NCBI GenBank assembly: GCA_964537315.1
Contig: CAZIAP010000001.1
Span: 379,926-443,925, forward strand
Source of the DNA: an uncultured Gammaproteobacteria bacterium
GTDB lineage: Bacteria; Patescibacteriota; Microgenomatia; Levybacterales; GWA1-39-11
Reading direction: 5' to 3'
Length of the DNA stretch: 64,000 bases
Numbering within the stretch: position 1 is the stretch's first letter; every line of letters starts with the position of its first letter. The position numbers and the translations under genes are program-made. The notes under the pieces were generated by a model that searched no databases, was not told where the DNA came from, and saw nothing but the letters and a program-made list of their open reading frames with translations. Shown piece by piece: positions 48,858 to 58,403 of the stretch.

Positions 48858-48872
48858 ATGTATTAATACATC
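48858..48872. promoter_or_regulatory. Third copy of the palindromic motif (ATGTATTAATACATCAATACA), 19 bp upstream of the tsaE start
   Basis: A 15/16 match to the GATGTATTAATACATC core and a 23-nt identity with the 26854 site including the CAATACA tail. It is preceded by TGTATTAA, a partial duplication. Confidence 0.35.
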
Positions 48873-48918
48873 AATACAAATAAATATACAGTAATAATTT
48901 ATCTTTATTAAAGTATTG

Positions 48919-49734
48919 TTATACCTTTCGATATTTCCTAAAAAGGAGTATACCACAGGCAGAAAGAAGTAAGACGCTGCTTGAAATAAACATAACTCCT
49001 CCGGTTATATTATCTGCGGCATCAAGTTTATGAAGTGTAGATTTATTAGAACTCTTATTTCCACTTTCATCTACTATGTTAGAATTTCCAAGAACAGCCT
49101 CATCGGTTGCACTTTCTTGATCAGATTCTTCTTCAATAAAGTCAGTCGGAGTATTGGTACCAGTCGGGACATCAGTTGAGGTAGGAACCTTCGTAGATGT
49201 AGGGTCTTTAGCCATAGTAGGAACTTTTGTTGCGGTAGGAGCTTTGGTTGGAGCAAGAGTTTTGGTTGGTGTCTGCGTAGGAGGAAAGTATACCTGAGCG
49301 TTGCCATTTGATAGTCCTTTTGTTCCAATACTAAATATTACCCAACTATCTGCACCGTCTTGAGCTCTCCCTACACTCTGCCCTGAGCCGGGTGCTGGAA
49401 GGTCAGTAACACCATAATTAACAGGGGCGACGGGAACTTTTCCTCCAATTATACGAATACTGTCTATATCCTGATTTAACTTGTCCCAATCAATAACAAA
49501 AAATCCTCTTGCAGGCACAGTTCCTTGAAGCTCTTTTTTATTATTATTACTCTCGGAACTGTCTCTTAATAAAAGTCCATCTAATGATATATCCTCATCT
49601 GTCGGGTTATAAAGCTCAATCCAATCATCTGAACCAGCTGAAGAAAATTCATTTATCTGAATCTGACCGTAAACAGGATATGCGGATAAAAATCCGAATA
49701 TGAAGAGGCACGCAGATATCAATGCATACCGCAT
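48919..49734 (-). CDS. Lamin-tail-domain (LTD) surface protein with PT-rich linker and C-terminal TM anchor
   Basis: 271 aa. It has a signal/TM, the LTD pattern (IQINEF…DWIELYNPTDEDISL), a (P/A)TK(V/A)PT repeat linker and a C-terminal hydrophobic segment plus RKYRKV tail. Confidence 0.5.
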   Translation of the reverse strand: MRYALISACLFIFGFLSAYPVYGQIQINEFSSAGSDDWIELYNPTDEDISLDGLLLRDSSESNNNKKELQGTVPARGFFVIDWDKLNQDIDSIRIIGGKVPVAPVNYGVTDLPAPGSGQSVGRAQDGADSWVIFSIGTKGLSNGNAQVYFPPTQTPTKTLAPTKAPTATKVPTMAKDPTSTKVPTSTDVPTGTNTPTDFIEEESDQESATDEAVLGNSNIVDESGNKSSNKSTLHKLDAADNITGGVMFISSSVLLLSACGILLFRKYRKV

Positions 49735-49798
49735 GTAAATATTTAACAGATAACTAATCCGTTACAGTTTTTATACTATCAGTATATAGAAGAGGAAA

Positions 49799-51070
49799 CT
49801 AGTAGTTAATATGCAGATATAATGTGTCTACTCCACCCTCGTCGTGTTTTACTTTCACGTATCTTAAACGGCATCCACCTGATCCCGCGTAACTTCCTTG
49901 GTATAGTGTTCCACTTTTAACAGCACGTACTGTTTGTGATCCTGAAGATCCAATATCTATTCCATCATGAAATCTATACACCTGTCCAACCCACGTATTT
50001 CTAACTGCCCAAGTCTCTCCATATCCTTGGTTATACTGAATACGAGGATCTATCGGCCATCTCCATGATCCTGATGGATTAAATGGATCTCCTCCGGAAT
50101 TATTTGTATGATCAATCGATGAAAGATAATTAAATGGATTTTGAGACCTTCCCCCAGAACTTACAATAAAATGTAGATGAGTTCCACTGGAGTTACAGGA
50201 AGCGCCTTGTATAATTGAGGCGATCCGATCACCTTCATTCACTTTACCCACCTCAGTCTCTGTACCTCTTCCTGCAATAATGCCCTGAATTGACTCGTAC
50301 TCTGCTCTTGCTTCAGCCAGTAAGTTTTGATACTTTTTTTCATCATTGTTAGTCGCTACTAACAAATCTCTTTTTTTGCTTTTTTCTGACTCCAGCTGCT
50401 TGTTATATGTTGCAAGCTGCTCGCGAAGCGCTTTGGCTTCGTTTTGTTTTTCTTCAAACAATGATTGTTCCTGTGCATAAGTTTTTTTTGCTTGCTCTGC
50501 TGCATAAATCTGACGTTTGTCATACAGCTGCATTACCTCAAGATACTTTAAACGTGTCAAAAAATTAGAGATGGAATCCGATGAAAACAACATTTGGATC
50601 GGATCTATTTTTCCGAAAGCGTATGTTGCGGATACTCTTTCCACAAGTGCTTTGGATACGGCTTGGATATTGGTCTCAAGTCCTAGAACTTTATCTTTTG
50701 TAATTTCAATACTATCCTCTAACTCGGAAATCTTTTTCTCTGTTTCCGCAACTCTCAACTCTGCTATAGCAATTTGATTGTTTACAAGCTTGATTTGTGA
50801 ATCAAGAGTTTTTGCTTGACCTTGAAGCTCACCAATTTTTTCTTCATACTCTTTAATTTTGTCTTCAAGTTCATTTTTCTTTCCATCATCTGGTTTGTTT
50901 GTGGGCGTAGGTGTACCTGTAGGGGTTACTGTTCCGGTCGGCGTATTCGCAAATACCTGGTCTAGGTTAAAGATAAATAAAGCAGCTAGTACAATAATTG
51001 AAAGACAGGCTAGCCTTCTTAAGCCAGCTTTACGAAATAAATCAGCAGGTAGTTTATCGTATTTTTGCAT
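49799..51070 (-). CDS. Peptidase M23 (LytM) protein with coiled coil and TPT-rich N-terminus (EnvC/PcsB-like partner of FtsEX)
   Basis: 423 aa. It has an N-terminal TM, a PTGTVTPTGTPTPT linker, a long coiled coil, and a C-terminal M23 domain (HDGIDIG… and SSGTHLHF). Confidence 0.7.
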   Translation of the reverse strand: MQKYDKLPADLFRKAGLRRLACLSIIVLAALFIFNLDQVFANTPTGTVTPTGTPTPTNKPDDGKKNELEDKIKEYEEKIGELQGQAKTLDSQIKLVNNQIAIAELRVAETEKKISELEDSIEITKDKVLGLETNIQAVSKALVERVSATYAFGKIDPIQMLFSSDSISNFLTRLKYLEVMQLYDKRQIYAAEQAKKTYAQEQSLFEEKQNEAKALREQLATYNKQLESEKSKKRDLLVATNNDEKKYQNLLAEARAEYESIQGIIAGRGTETEVGKVNEGDRIASIIQGASCNSSGTHLHFIVSSGGRSQNPFNYLSSIDHTNNSGGDPFNPSGSWRWPIDPRIQYNQGYGETWAVRNTWVGQVYRFHDGIDIGSSGSQTVRAVKSGTLYQGSYAGSGGCRLRYVKVKHDEGGVDTLYLHINY

Positions 51071-51075
51071 ATCGG

Positions 51076-51963
51076 TTACTTTAAGTATCGAAGGACTGCC
51101 ACGTAGCTTGCAAAAATTCCTAATAACAGAGCAATAATTAGTTCTGCACCAAGTATCTGCAAAATTGCCAAAGGTGGAATAGGAAATACGGGTACTCCTT
51201 TAAGGAACGATTCCAAAATCGGCGTAGTATATAACAGTAATCCGTATGAAATTAACCAACCAATCATTGCACCCATAGCACCGTAAATAATTCCCTCCAG
51301 TAGAAATGGAGTACGTATAAACCAGTTAGATGCACCTATTAATTTCATTGTCTCGATTTCTTCACGACGAGAAGTAATTTTAATACCAATAATAGTCACC
51401 ACAACAAATATAGATACAGTTACAAGAATTGTAATTATTCCGAACCCTATTATTCTAAACGCATTTGTCCAAGAGATTAATGTGTCAATGATTTCTTCCT
51501 GGAATACTACTCTATCTACAAACTCTGAAGTACCAACTACAGATGCGAGACTTCTTAAGTCTTCAGGGCGTTGTGCTTGCACCTCCAGTGAAGCAGGTAG
51601 AATATCTGCTGTAACCAGTTCAACAAGCTCAGGCTCATCCTGATTAATATTTTTATAGATTTGTAGAGCTTCTTCTTTAGATATATAAGTTACTTGAGCT
51701 GTTTTTCCTGTTGCCTGCAATTGCGCTCTCAACGAGTCAATCTCAGAGATTTCGGCCGTATCTTTAAAAAAGATAGTTAACTGAGGACGAGTTTCAAAAT
51801 AATTAATAAGGTTTACCGAAACCATAGTAAGCGCGGCAAAAATAGAAATTGCGAAAAACGTAAGCGTCATTATTAGCGTGGCAGAAAGCGCCTTATATGG
51901 AGATCGTCGAATGTATTTACCAGCTGTTTTAAGATGTTTCATTAGTTTCTCCTTTCTTTTCAT
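51076..51963 (-). CDS. ftsX: Cell division permease FtsX
   Basis: 295 aa with four TM and a large extracytoplasmic loop. It lies directly downstream of ftsE with overlap. Confidence 0.8.
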   Translation of the reverse strand: MKRKEKLMKHLKTAGKYIRRSPYKALSATLIMTLTFFAISIFAALTMVSVNLINYFETRPQLTIFFKDTAEISEIDSLRAQLQATGKTAQVTYISKEEALQIYKNINQDEPELVELVTADILPASLEVQAQRPEDLRSLASVVGTSEFVDRVVFQEEIIDTLISWTNAFRIIGFGIITILVTVSIFVVVTIIGIKITSRREEIETMKLIGASNWFIRTPFLLEGIIYGAMGAMIGWLISYGLLLYTTPILESFLKGVPVFPIPPLAILQILGAELIIALLLGIFASYVAVLRYLK

Positions 51964-52705
51964 GCTTTTCCTCTTCTTTTTTGTTTTCGTGTTCTGAGTG
52001 ATGAGTCGTATGTTTTGATTCGCTGTGCTCTTTCTTCACTGTTGATGGTTTATCCGAAACAATTTTTCCTTTATCAATGGTAATAACCCGCTGTTTAGCT
52101 TTCTCAATTATTTCTTTATTATGAGTCGTCATAAGAATTGTGGTGCCTCTTTTATTTATACTTTCGAGTAAATCTATAATCTGATAAGAAGTTTCTGAAT
52201 CCAGGTTTCCTGTAGGTTCGTCTGCCAGAAGTACGTGTGGGTTAAAAATTAAAGCACGGGCAATGGCTACGCGCTGACGTTCTCCTCCTGACAACTGTAA
52301 TGGGAACTTTTCTTTTTTATCAGAAAGCCCAACTTGGATTAATATTTCTTCTGCTTGCTTTTTAGCGTCTTTTTCACTAACTCCTGTAAACTGAAGTGGG
52401 AGGATAACATTCTCAATTACAGTTCTGTCCATAAGAAGCTTGAGGTCCTGAAAAATAACTCCAACTACACGTCTAAGTTGAGGAATTTTACCACCAGAAA
52501 TCTTTGCTACATTTATGTCTCCAACTAAAACTTCACCTTCATCTGCGATCAAATCACGGATAATAAGACGAAATACAGTAGTCTTACCCGAACCGGTAGG
52601 GCCAACAAGGTATACAAAATCACCCTTTTCAAGAGAAAAGGAGACATTTTCGACTGCAACGAAATCTTTACCGAATTTTTTGGTTACATTTGTAAATTGA
52701 ATCAT
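51929..52705 (-). CDS. ftsE: Cell division ATP-binding protein FtsE with His-rich C-terminal tail
   Basis: 258 aa. Walker A (GPTGSGKTT), the ABC signature (LSGGERQR) and Walker B (LLADEPTGNLD) are present. The tail is HSESKHTTHHSEHENKKEEEKHEKKG. Confidence 0.85.
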   Translation of the reverse strand: MIQFTNVTKKFGKDFVAVENVSFSLEKGDFVYLVGPTGSGKTTVFRLIIRDLIADEGEVLVGDINVAKISGGKIPQLRRVVGVIFQDLKLLMDRTVIENVILPLQFTGVSEKDAKKQAEEILIQVGLSDKKEKFPLQLSGGERQRVAIARALIFNPHVLLADEPTGNLDSETSYQIIDLLESINKRGTTILMTTHNKEIIEKAKQRVITIDKGKIVSDKPSTVKKEHSESKHTTHHSEHENKKEEEKHEKKGETNETS

Positions 52706-52786
52706 GATGATTATTCTGCAGAGCAGAATAGTTCTGGATTATTAAAAATCATTGTGAATCTATTACCCAGATCCTGCCTTGCAGGA

Positions 52787-53254
52787 TTAGTCCAATACTT
52801 GTAACCTGCCTACGTCCATGAGCCAGCCAGCACTTTGTGCTGTTTGAGTCTGACCCCAAACTTTTACTTTTCGTCCGACAAAAGGAGAGAGGTCAAGAAC
52901 AGAGGATGTAAGATAAACATTCTGAGACTCTCCTCCAGGTCTCTGTAAATGATAAGCTCCCTCTCCATCAATTCCGCCTTCAGTTAAAGTACCCTCTGCA
53001 TTATCAGTAAAATCACTGGCTTCGGATCCAATAACGTCTCCTTTATTTACCGTAACGCCGTTTGTCGTGATTGAGTCTGAGCCACCCGTCGGAGTGGCAG
53101 AAGAAGGACTTACTACATTAGATATGATAAAACCGCTTCCCAAGCCGAGAAGAACGAACATAAACAATGCTATTATTACACTTTTATTCATACTTGTACC
53201 TGTCGATTCTGTATTCAATTCGTGGATTAACGATTCTTTTGAGTCCATATTCAA
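52787..53254 (-). CDS. Hypothetical membrane-anchored protein
   Basis: 155-aa ORF with one TM helix and a Gly/Thr-rich extracytoplasmic region. Confidence 0.3.
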   Translation of the reverse strand: MNMDSKESLIHELNTESTGTSMNKSVIIALFMFVLLGLGSGFIISNVVSPSSATPTGGSDSITTNGVTVNKGDVIGSEASDFTDNAEGTLTEGGIDGEGAYHLQRPGGESQNVYLTSSVLDLSPFVGRKVKVWGQTQTAQSAGWLMDVGRLQVLD

Positions 53255-53314
53255 ATTTTAGTAAACCATATTTCTGTAAGTTTTACAACTTTTTGTTCGT
53301 ATATCCTTACCCTT

Positions 53315-54337
53315 TTATTCCTCTTTAAGCTGTGCCTCAACAAACAAATCAATATTACCATCCAGAACAGCTTCTACGTTTCCAGTCTCAGCTTTACTAC
53401 GAAGATCTTTAACCATCTGATATGGATGCAACACATATGATCGGATTTGGTTTCCCCAAGACGGAGGAGTATAACTACCTTTTAGTTCTTCTTTTTGCTT
53501 TTGCAGTTCCTCTTGTTTTTTTGCCCAAAGTTTTGCTTTTAAAAGCTTTAGCGCGTAATCTCTATTCTGCGCTTGGTATCTTTCAGACTGACAGGTCACA
53601 ACAATGCCGCTCGGCACGTGCTTCACTCTAACAGCAGAGGATACTTTTTGTACGTTCTGTCCTCCATGTGATGAGGCTCTGAAAAAATCCCATTCTAAAT
53701 CATCCTCTTTAATCTCAACGTCTTCGTATTGGTCAATCTGTGGCAAAACCTCGACGAGTGAAAAGGAAGTATGTCTCAACTGATCTGAGTTAAATGGAGA
53801 AAGTCTAACTAGCCTATGAACTCCCTGCTCATTTTTAAGATAGCCATATGCAAAACTTCCTTGCACAAGTATAGTTGCGTTTTTTATACCTGCTTCGTCA
53901 CCTGGAGTATAATCTATGGTTTCAAATTGCCAACCCTTCTTTTCAAAATACCGAGTATACATACGATAAAGCATTGATGCCCAATCCATTGCGTCTGCGC
54001 CCCCCTGGCCAGCGTGAACCGAAAATATTGCGTTATCTTTATCGTACTGTCCGGATAGATATAGTAGTACCTCTAGCTCTTTTAACATCGACTCGAGACC
54101 GTATGTATCTCCAGACTCAATCATTTCTTTAATTAGCTCCGCGTCATCAATTTCTTTTTGAAGCGCTGCCATCTCTTTCATCATATTCGCAGCTCTTTCG
54201 CCGTCTTTCCAAAAATCAGGATTAATACTTTCTGCTTCAATTTCACGGATACGAGTCTTTTTTTCCGGAACATTAATCTTTGACAATACCGTTTCAGCTC
54301 GTTGAGTAATTTCGTTCATGTCATTGGATTTTAACAA
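53315..54337 (-). CDS. prfB: Peptide chain release factor 2 (single ORF; no programmed +1 frameshift site)
   Basis: The SPF tripeptide (RLVRLSPFNS) and GGQ (SSHGGQNVQK) are present. The N-terminus is colinear with E. coli RF2 with no interruption. The track start is a TTG at 54337. The first ATG is at 54319. Confidence 0.85.
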   Translation of the reverse strand: MLKSNDMNEITQRAETVLSKINVPEKKTRIREIEAESINPDFWKDGERAANMMKEMAALQKEIDDAELIKEMIESGDTYGLESMLKELEVLLYLSGQYDKDNAIFSVHAGQGGADAMDWASMLYRMYTRYFEKKGWQFETIDYTPGDEAGIKNATILVQGSFAYGYLKNEQGVHRLVRLSPFNSDQLRHTSFSLVEVLPQIDQYEDVEIKEDDLEWDFFRASSHGGQNVQKVSSAVRVKHVPSGIVVTCQSERYQAQNRDYALKLLKAKLWAKKQEELQKQKEELKGSYTPPSWGNQIRSYVLHPYQMVKDLRSKAETGNVEAVLDGNIDLFVEAQLKEE

Positions 54338-54364
54338 AAGGTTAGCTGTGTTGTAAATTTATTA

Positions 54365-55639
54365 TTAAATTCCCTGACCAGTTGCAAGAAGAAACACCAT
54401 AAGCAAAGAAGCTGTAATAGTAAGCGCAGTAATAATTATTCCCAGAATATTGGAGTAAATGGAGTTAGTAAACCCCTGCATTATTTTATTATTATTTGTA
54501 ATAATCAAAATCATAATCAACAGAGGAGGAGCTACAATTCCGTTGAGTATTGCTGTATAGAATAACATTCTAAAAGGCTCAATAGGAGTAAAGTTTACGA
54601 GTAAACCAATTAGCGTAGCTACGGTTATTATGCCGTAGAATCCATGCGCCTGTCTGAATTTCCAGTATAATCCAGCTTTCCAACTAAATGCTTCTGACAA
54701 TGCGTATGCTGCTGAACCCGCAAGAACAGGTACTGACAGCAAACCTGTACCTATAATTCCTGCAGAAAATAAGATATAGGCGTAGTCACCTGCTAGTGGT
54801 CTAAGTGCCTGCGCTGCTTGTGTAGCTGTTTCAATCTGAAGTATTCCATTTACACCTAATGTTGAAGCGGTCGTTAGAATTATAAAAAACATAATTGCGT
54901 TGGAAAATAGCATACCTATAATAGTATCGACCCGTAGCTTGCTAATGTCTGATCGAGTGGGCTTAGGTGCTTCTCTGCCCTTAAAACTCAGCTTATTATG
55001 TACGCGAAGTTCATCCACTTCTTCATTCGCTTGCCAGAAAAATAAATACGGGGACATTGTCGCACCTAAAATCGCCAATACTACAAAAACTGACTCCTTT
55101 CTAAACTCAATGTTTGGTACAAATGTATGAATTACGACCTCACTCCAGTTAATATCAACCAAGAACGCAGTAACCACATATGCTAGCAGTGAAAATGCTA
55201 AATACTTTAGATAACGAGCATACAGTTTATAAGAAACAAAAACCTCTAATATAAGAGTTAAAACTGTCAAGCTGATTAAAATAACTGTAAAAGGGATATC
55301 CCACAATAATCTTACTGAAGAAGCCATTGCGCCAAGATTTGCGCCGATGTTTACCGTGTTTGCGACAAGCAGTAAAAATACACAAAAATATAATAGCTTT
55401 GCACCGTAGTATTGTCTGATTACGCCTGACAACCCTTTTCCTGTAACAAGCCCTATGCGACCGCACATTTCCTGAATTATTGCCATGAAAATAAAGGTAA
55501 AAAACGGAGTCCACAGCAAACCTGTACCAAACCTTGCACCAGTTTGTGCGTATGTCGCGATTCCTGATGGATCATCATCTGCAGCGCCTGTGATAAATCC
55601 TGGTCCTAACGCTCTAAGAAACTTCCTAATTTTTTTCAT
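54365..55639 (-). CDS. mntH: Nramp-family divalent metal (Mn2+/Fe2+) transporter
   Basis: 424 aa with 11-12 TM. Contains GPGFITGAADDDPSGIATYAQTGARFG, the Nramp signature. Confidence 0.8.
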   Translation of the reverse strand: MKKIRKFLRALGPGFITGAADDDPSGIATYAQTGARFGTGLLWTPFFTFIFMAIIQEMCGRIGLVTGKGLSGVIRQYYGAKLLYFCVFLLLVANTVNIGANLGAMASSVRLLWDIPFTVILISLTVLTLILEVFVSYKLYARYLKYLAFSLLAYVVTAFLVDINWSEVVIHTFVPNIEFRKESVFVVLAILGATMSPYLFFWQANEEVDELRVHNKLSFKGREAPKPTRSDISKLRVDTIIGMLFSNAIMFFIILTTASTLGVNGILQIETATQAAQALRPLAGDYAYILFSAGIIGTGLLSVPVLAGSAAYALSEAFSWKAGLYWKFRQAHGFYGIITVATLIGLLVNFTPIEPFRMLFYTAILNGIVAPPLLIMILIITNNNKIMQGFTNSIYSNILGIIITALTITASLLMVFLLATGQGI

Positions 55640-55683
55640 GTATTTATCGTACAGTAACGGATATAGTTTGTATAGACTTTATT

Positions 55684-56058
55684 TCAATTACAGATCTGGG
55701 GACAAATAACTTTTTCTATACCTTTATCTGACGCTTGCAGTTCCAGGAGGAAGTCTAGTACATTACCGACTACTGTAAAGTCTTGTTTTGAGAGATTTTG
55801 TATCTGATCTTGAGCTACTTTCAATAAAGTATCTTTATCTTCTGCTTTAGGTAAACGAACGTGTTCAGGGATTGAGTCGTTTTCTCCCCCTGTAATCTGA
55901 TCTGCATATCCAACAAGTACATTGCTGACATATGAAAGACTCATAATAGTTCCAAAAATTAAAACAGCAAACAAAGCAACCGCAACTCCAACTCTTTTTA
56001 GACTCAGTACCTTCTCCTCTTCCTGTTTCTCAGGCTGTGGCTTTAATTTTTTTTTCAT
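55684..56058 (-). CDS. Hypothetical membrane-anchored protein
   Basis: 124-aa ORF with an N-terminal TM helix. Confidence 0.3.
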   Translation of the reverse strand: MKKKLKPQPEKQEEEKVLSLKRVGVAVALFAVLIFGTIMSLSYVSNVLVGYADQITGGENDSIPEHVRLPKAEDKDTLLKVAQDQIQNLSKQDFTVVGNVLDFLLELQASDKGIEKVICPQICN

Positions 56059-56070
56059 ATACGACTACCT

Positions 56071-57093
56071 TTATTTTAGTGTCTTATCAAAAAATTGTAC
56101 TGTGTTATCTACTGCGGGGTAAAGTCCTTTTTCGCTTAGATCGTGATCATCACCTTGGTATTCATACAACTCTACATAGGTATATTCCTCGAGCTGTGAG
56201 CTCAATTTTTTAGAAAACTCTACTGGAACAACCGGATCTTTTACCGCGTGATGTAACTGCACAGGTATTTTAATATTTTTTAAATAAGCTGTAGGAGAGA
56301 TTTTATTCCAAAATTTTTGATTTTCGTTAATTGATCCAAACTGTTTCTCTAAAGTTTCTGGCCTGACTACTTCTTTATTATCTGAAGTTTTCCAAACTGT
56401 ACTATCGTTCCAATGAAATAAAAGGTCATTATATGAACCCACTACTCCAGACCACATTGAAGCACTCTTTATCTCAGGATTGACTGTAATACTTCTCAGT
56501 AAGATATTTCCCCCCATCGAGTGTCCCCATACACCTATATTTGTTGAGTCTACACCTTTATAACGCTTGATCGATGATACAGCATTTAAAAAATCCTGTG
56601 TATATCCCGCAGAAAAATATGCTCCTTCAGCTTCTCCCTCAGATTTACCGTGCCCACGAAAATCTGGCATAAAAATCACATAACCATTTCGTGCGAGACC
56701 ATCGACCAACTCTGTATATAAAGATCCCGTAGAATACTCTTTTGGAGGTACATAACCGTGTGCCATCACAATCGCAGGTGATCCTGTACTTGATTTTTTG
56801 CTGTGTGGAACCGCTAATAGTGAATATACTTTCTTACCATCTGAGATGTAACTCGCAACATAGCGATTATAGTTCTTTCCATGAGGCAACTCTTCTTCAA
56901 TAATAATTTCGCTTCCGGGATAAGCAATATGTTTCATGACATCTATAATTAAGGGGTGAGTGTATTCTGTATATGGAAAGTTTTGTAAATTCATCCCATT
57001 TTGATGTTTTTCTTGCGCCTTGGCGACAAACACAATACTAAAGAACATTACAACACATAAGATAACAACGTATTGCCAAAGAAATTTTTTCAT
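56071..57093 (-). CDS. Secreted alpha/beta hydrolase (S9/dienelactone-hydrolase-like)
   Basis: 340 aa with a signal peptide and the nucleophile elbow GHSMGG. Confidence 0.6.
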   Translation of the reverse strand: MKKFLWQYVVILCVVMFFSIVFVAKAQEKHQNGMNLQNFPYTEYTHPLIIDVMKHIAYPGSEIIIEEELPHGKNYNRYVASYISDGKKVYSLLAVPHSKKSSTGSPAIVMAHGYVPPKEYSTGSLYTELVDGLARNGYVIFMPDFRGHGKSEGEAEGAYFSAGYTQDFLNAVSSIKRYKGVDSTNIGVWGHSMGGNILLRSITVNPEIKSASMWSGVVGSYNDLLFHWNDSTVWKTSDNKEVVRPETLEKQFGSINENQKFWNKISPTAYLKNIKIPVQLHHAVKDPVVPVEFSKKLSSQLEEYTYVELYEYQGDDHDLSEKGLYPAVDNTVQFFDKTLK

Positions 57094-57214
57094 GGAATAA
57101 AATTTAGGAAGCTATTTAAAATAGTGTCTATATAACTATATGCACACTAGCAATAATTTTGCAAATTACTTATGCCCGCTTTATTTCATCATAATTTATT
57201 TTTATAATTGATAT

Positions 57215-58402
57215 ATGCATATTACTTCGCGAAGATACTCCAGAGTAGTACGGTTTGGATTACTAATAGCCGCAGGAGTGACAGTTCTTCTCGCATCATC
57301 TGTCTTTTACTTTCTAACTGTAAACACTGATCAAGAAATATCAAAACAGTCAGACGAAGAAAACCATCTAAGATCACAACTTGCTCAAACACAACAGGAG
57401 CTTGATAAGCTAAAAAACGAAGATCAGGTTAAAACTAATCTGCAAAATAAAGAGGAAATAGAAAATATACAAAAAACATATAAACAAACTTTAGTTGCAT
57501 ACGAGGCACTACTAGATATTAGTCCTACGAATAAGGACTATACCAGACTTTCAGAGCTTATTGCACAGTCACTAGGACAGCTTTCAGAACGGAATTATGC
57601 ATCTGCACAGGCGACACTTACAGTACTGAACCAGGAAATTGAGAAACAGAAACAAACTCAAGCAGCTGAGTTTAAGATTCCTCAAAACGTTACTGAAAGC
57701 ACAAGTCCTCCTCAGTCAGGTTACTCTAGACAGCAGGTTCCCACATCTATTGGAACTTTCATGGTAGATATTGTATCCGCCGATCTTAGTAATACTCGCG
57801 TCATTGTAGACACAGCATCGGACTCTAATTGTGCCAATGACTGTCCTGTACTATCACTTGGTGACTACGTTTCCCGAAACGGTGCATTTGCTGGGATTAA
57901 CGGATCATATTTCTGTCCAGCTTCGTACCCGTCTTGCTCAGGAAAAACTAACTCCTTTGATACTTTATTGATGAACAAAAACAAGGTCTACTTCAACTCC
58001 GATAATAATGTCTATAGTACAGTTCCAGCTGTCATCTTTACAGGGAACGGAGTACGCTTTGTATCTAAGTCTATGGAATGGGGTAGAGACACAGGAATTG
58101 ATAGTATGATCGCAAACCAGTCACTGCTGGTGTTTGGTGGAAATAACGTATTTGCCGGAGATGGCGAAATCAAGCGTTCTGGTAAAGGTTCACGGAGCTT
58201 TATAGGAAATAAGGGTAATACAGTATATATCGGAGTTGTACACAATGCCTCTGCTGCAGAGATGTCGTATGTATTACATACTATGGGTATGGATAACGCT
58301 CTCAATTTAGATAGCGGAGGTTCAACTGCTCTATGGTCTGGAGGATATAAAGTAGGTCCCGGAAGAAATATACCAAACGCGATTCTATTTGTGAGAAAGT
58401 AA
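57215..58402 (+). CDS. Phosphodiester glycosidase family (DUF2233/NAGPA-like) protein with N-terminal TM and coiled coil
   Basis: 395 aa. The C-terminal region …NALNLDSGGSTALWSGGYKVGPGRNIPNAILF is typical of DUF2233. Confidence 0.55.
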   Translation: MHITSRRYSRVVRFGLLIAAGVTVLLASSVFYFLTVNTDQEISKQSDEENHLRSQLAQTQQELDKLKNEDQVKTNLQNKEEIENIQKTYKQTLVAYEALLDISPTNKDYTRLSELIAQSLGQLSERNYASAQATLTVLNQEIEKQKQTQAAEFKIPQNVTESTSPPQSGYSRQQVPTSIGTFMVDIVSADLSNTRVIVDTASDSNCANDCPVLSLGDYVSRNGAFAGINGSYFCPASYPSCSGKTNSFDTLLMNKNKVYFNSDNNVYSTVPAVIFTGNGVRFVSKSMEWGRDTGIDSMIANQSLLVFGGNNVFAGDGEIKRSGKGSRSFIGNKGNTVYIGVVHNASAAEMSYVLHTMGMDNALNLDSGGSTALWSGGYKVGPGRNIPNAILFVRK

Positions 58403-58403
58403 A

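Noticed and set aside
53315-54337. Expected programmed +1 frameshift in prfB.
   Set aside because: The protein is colinear with RF2 from the first residues in a single frame, and no internal UGA is present.
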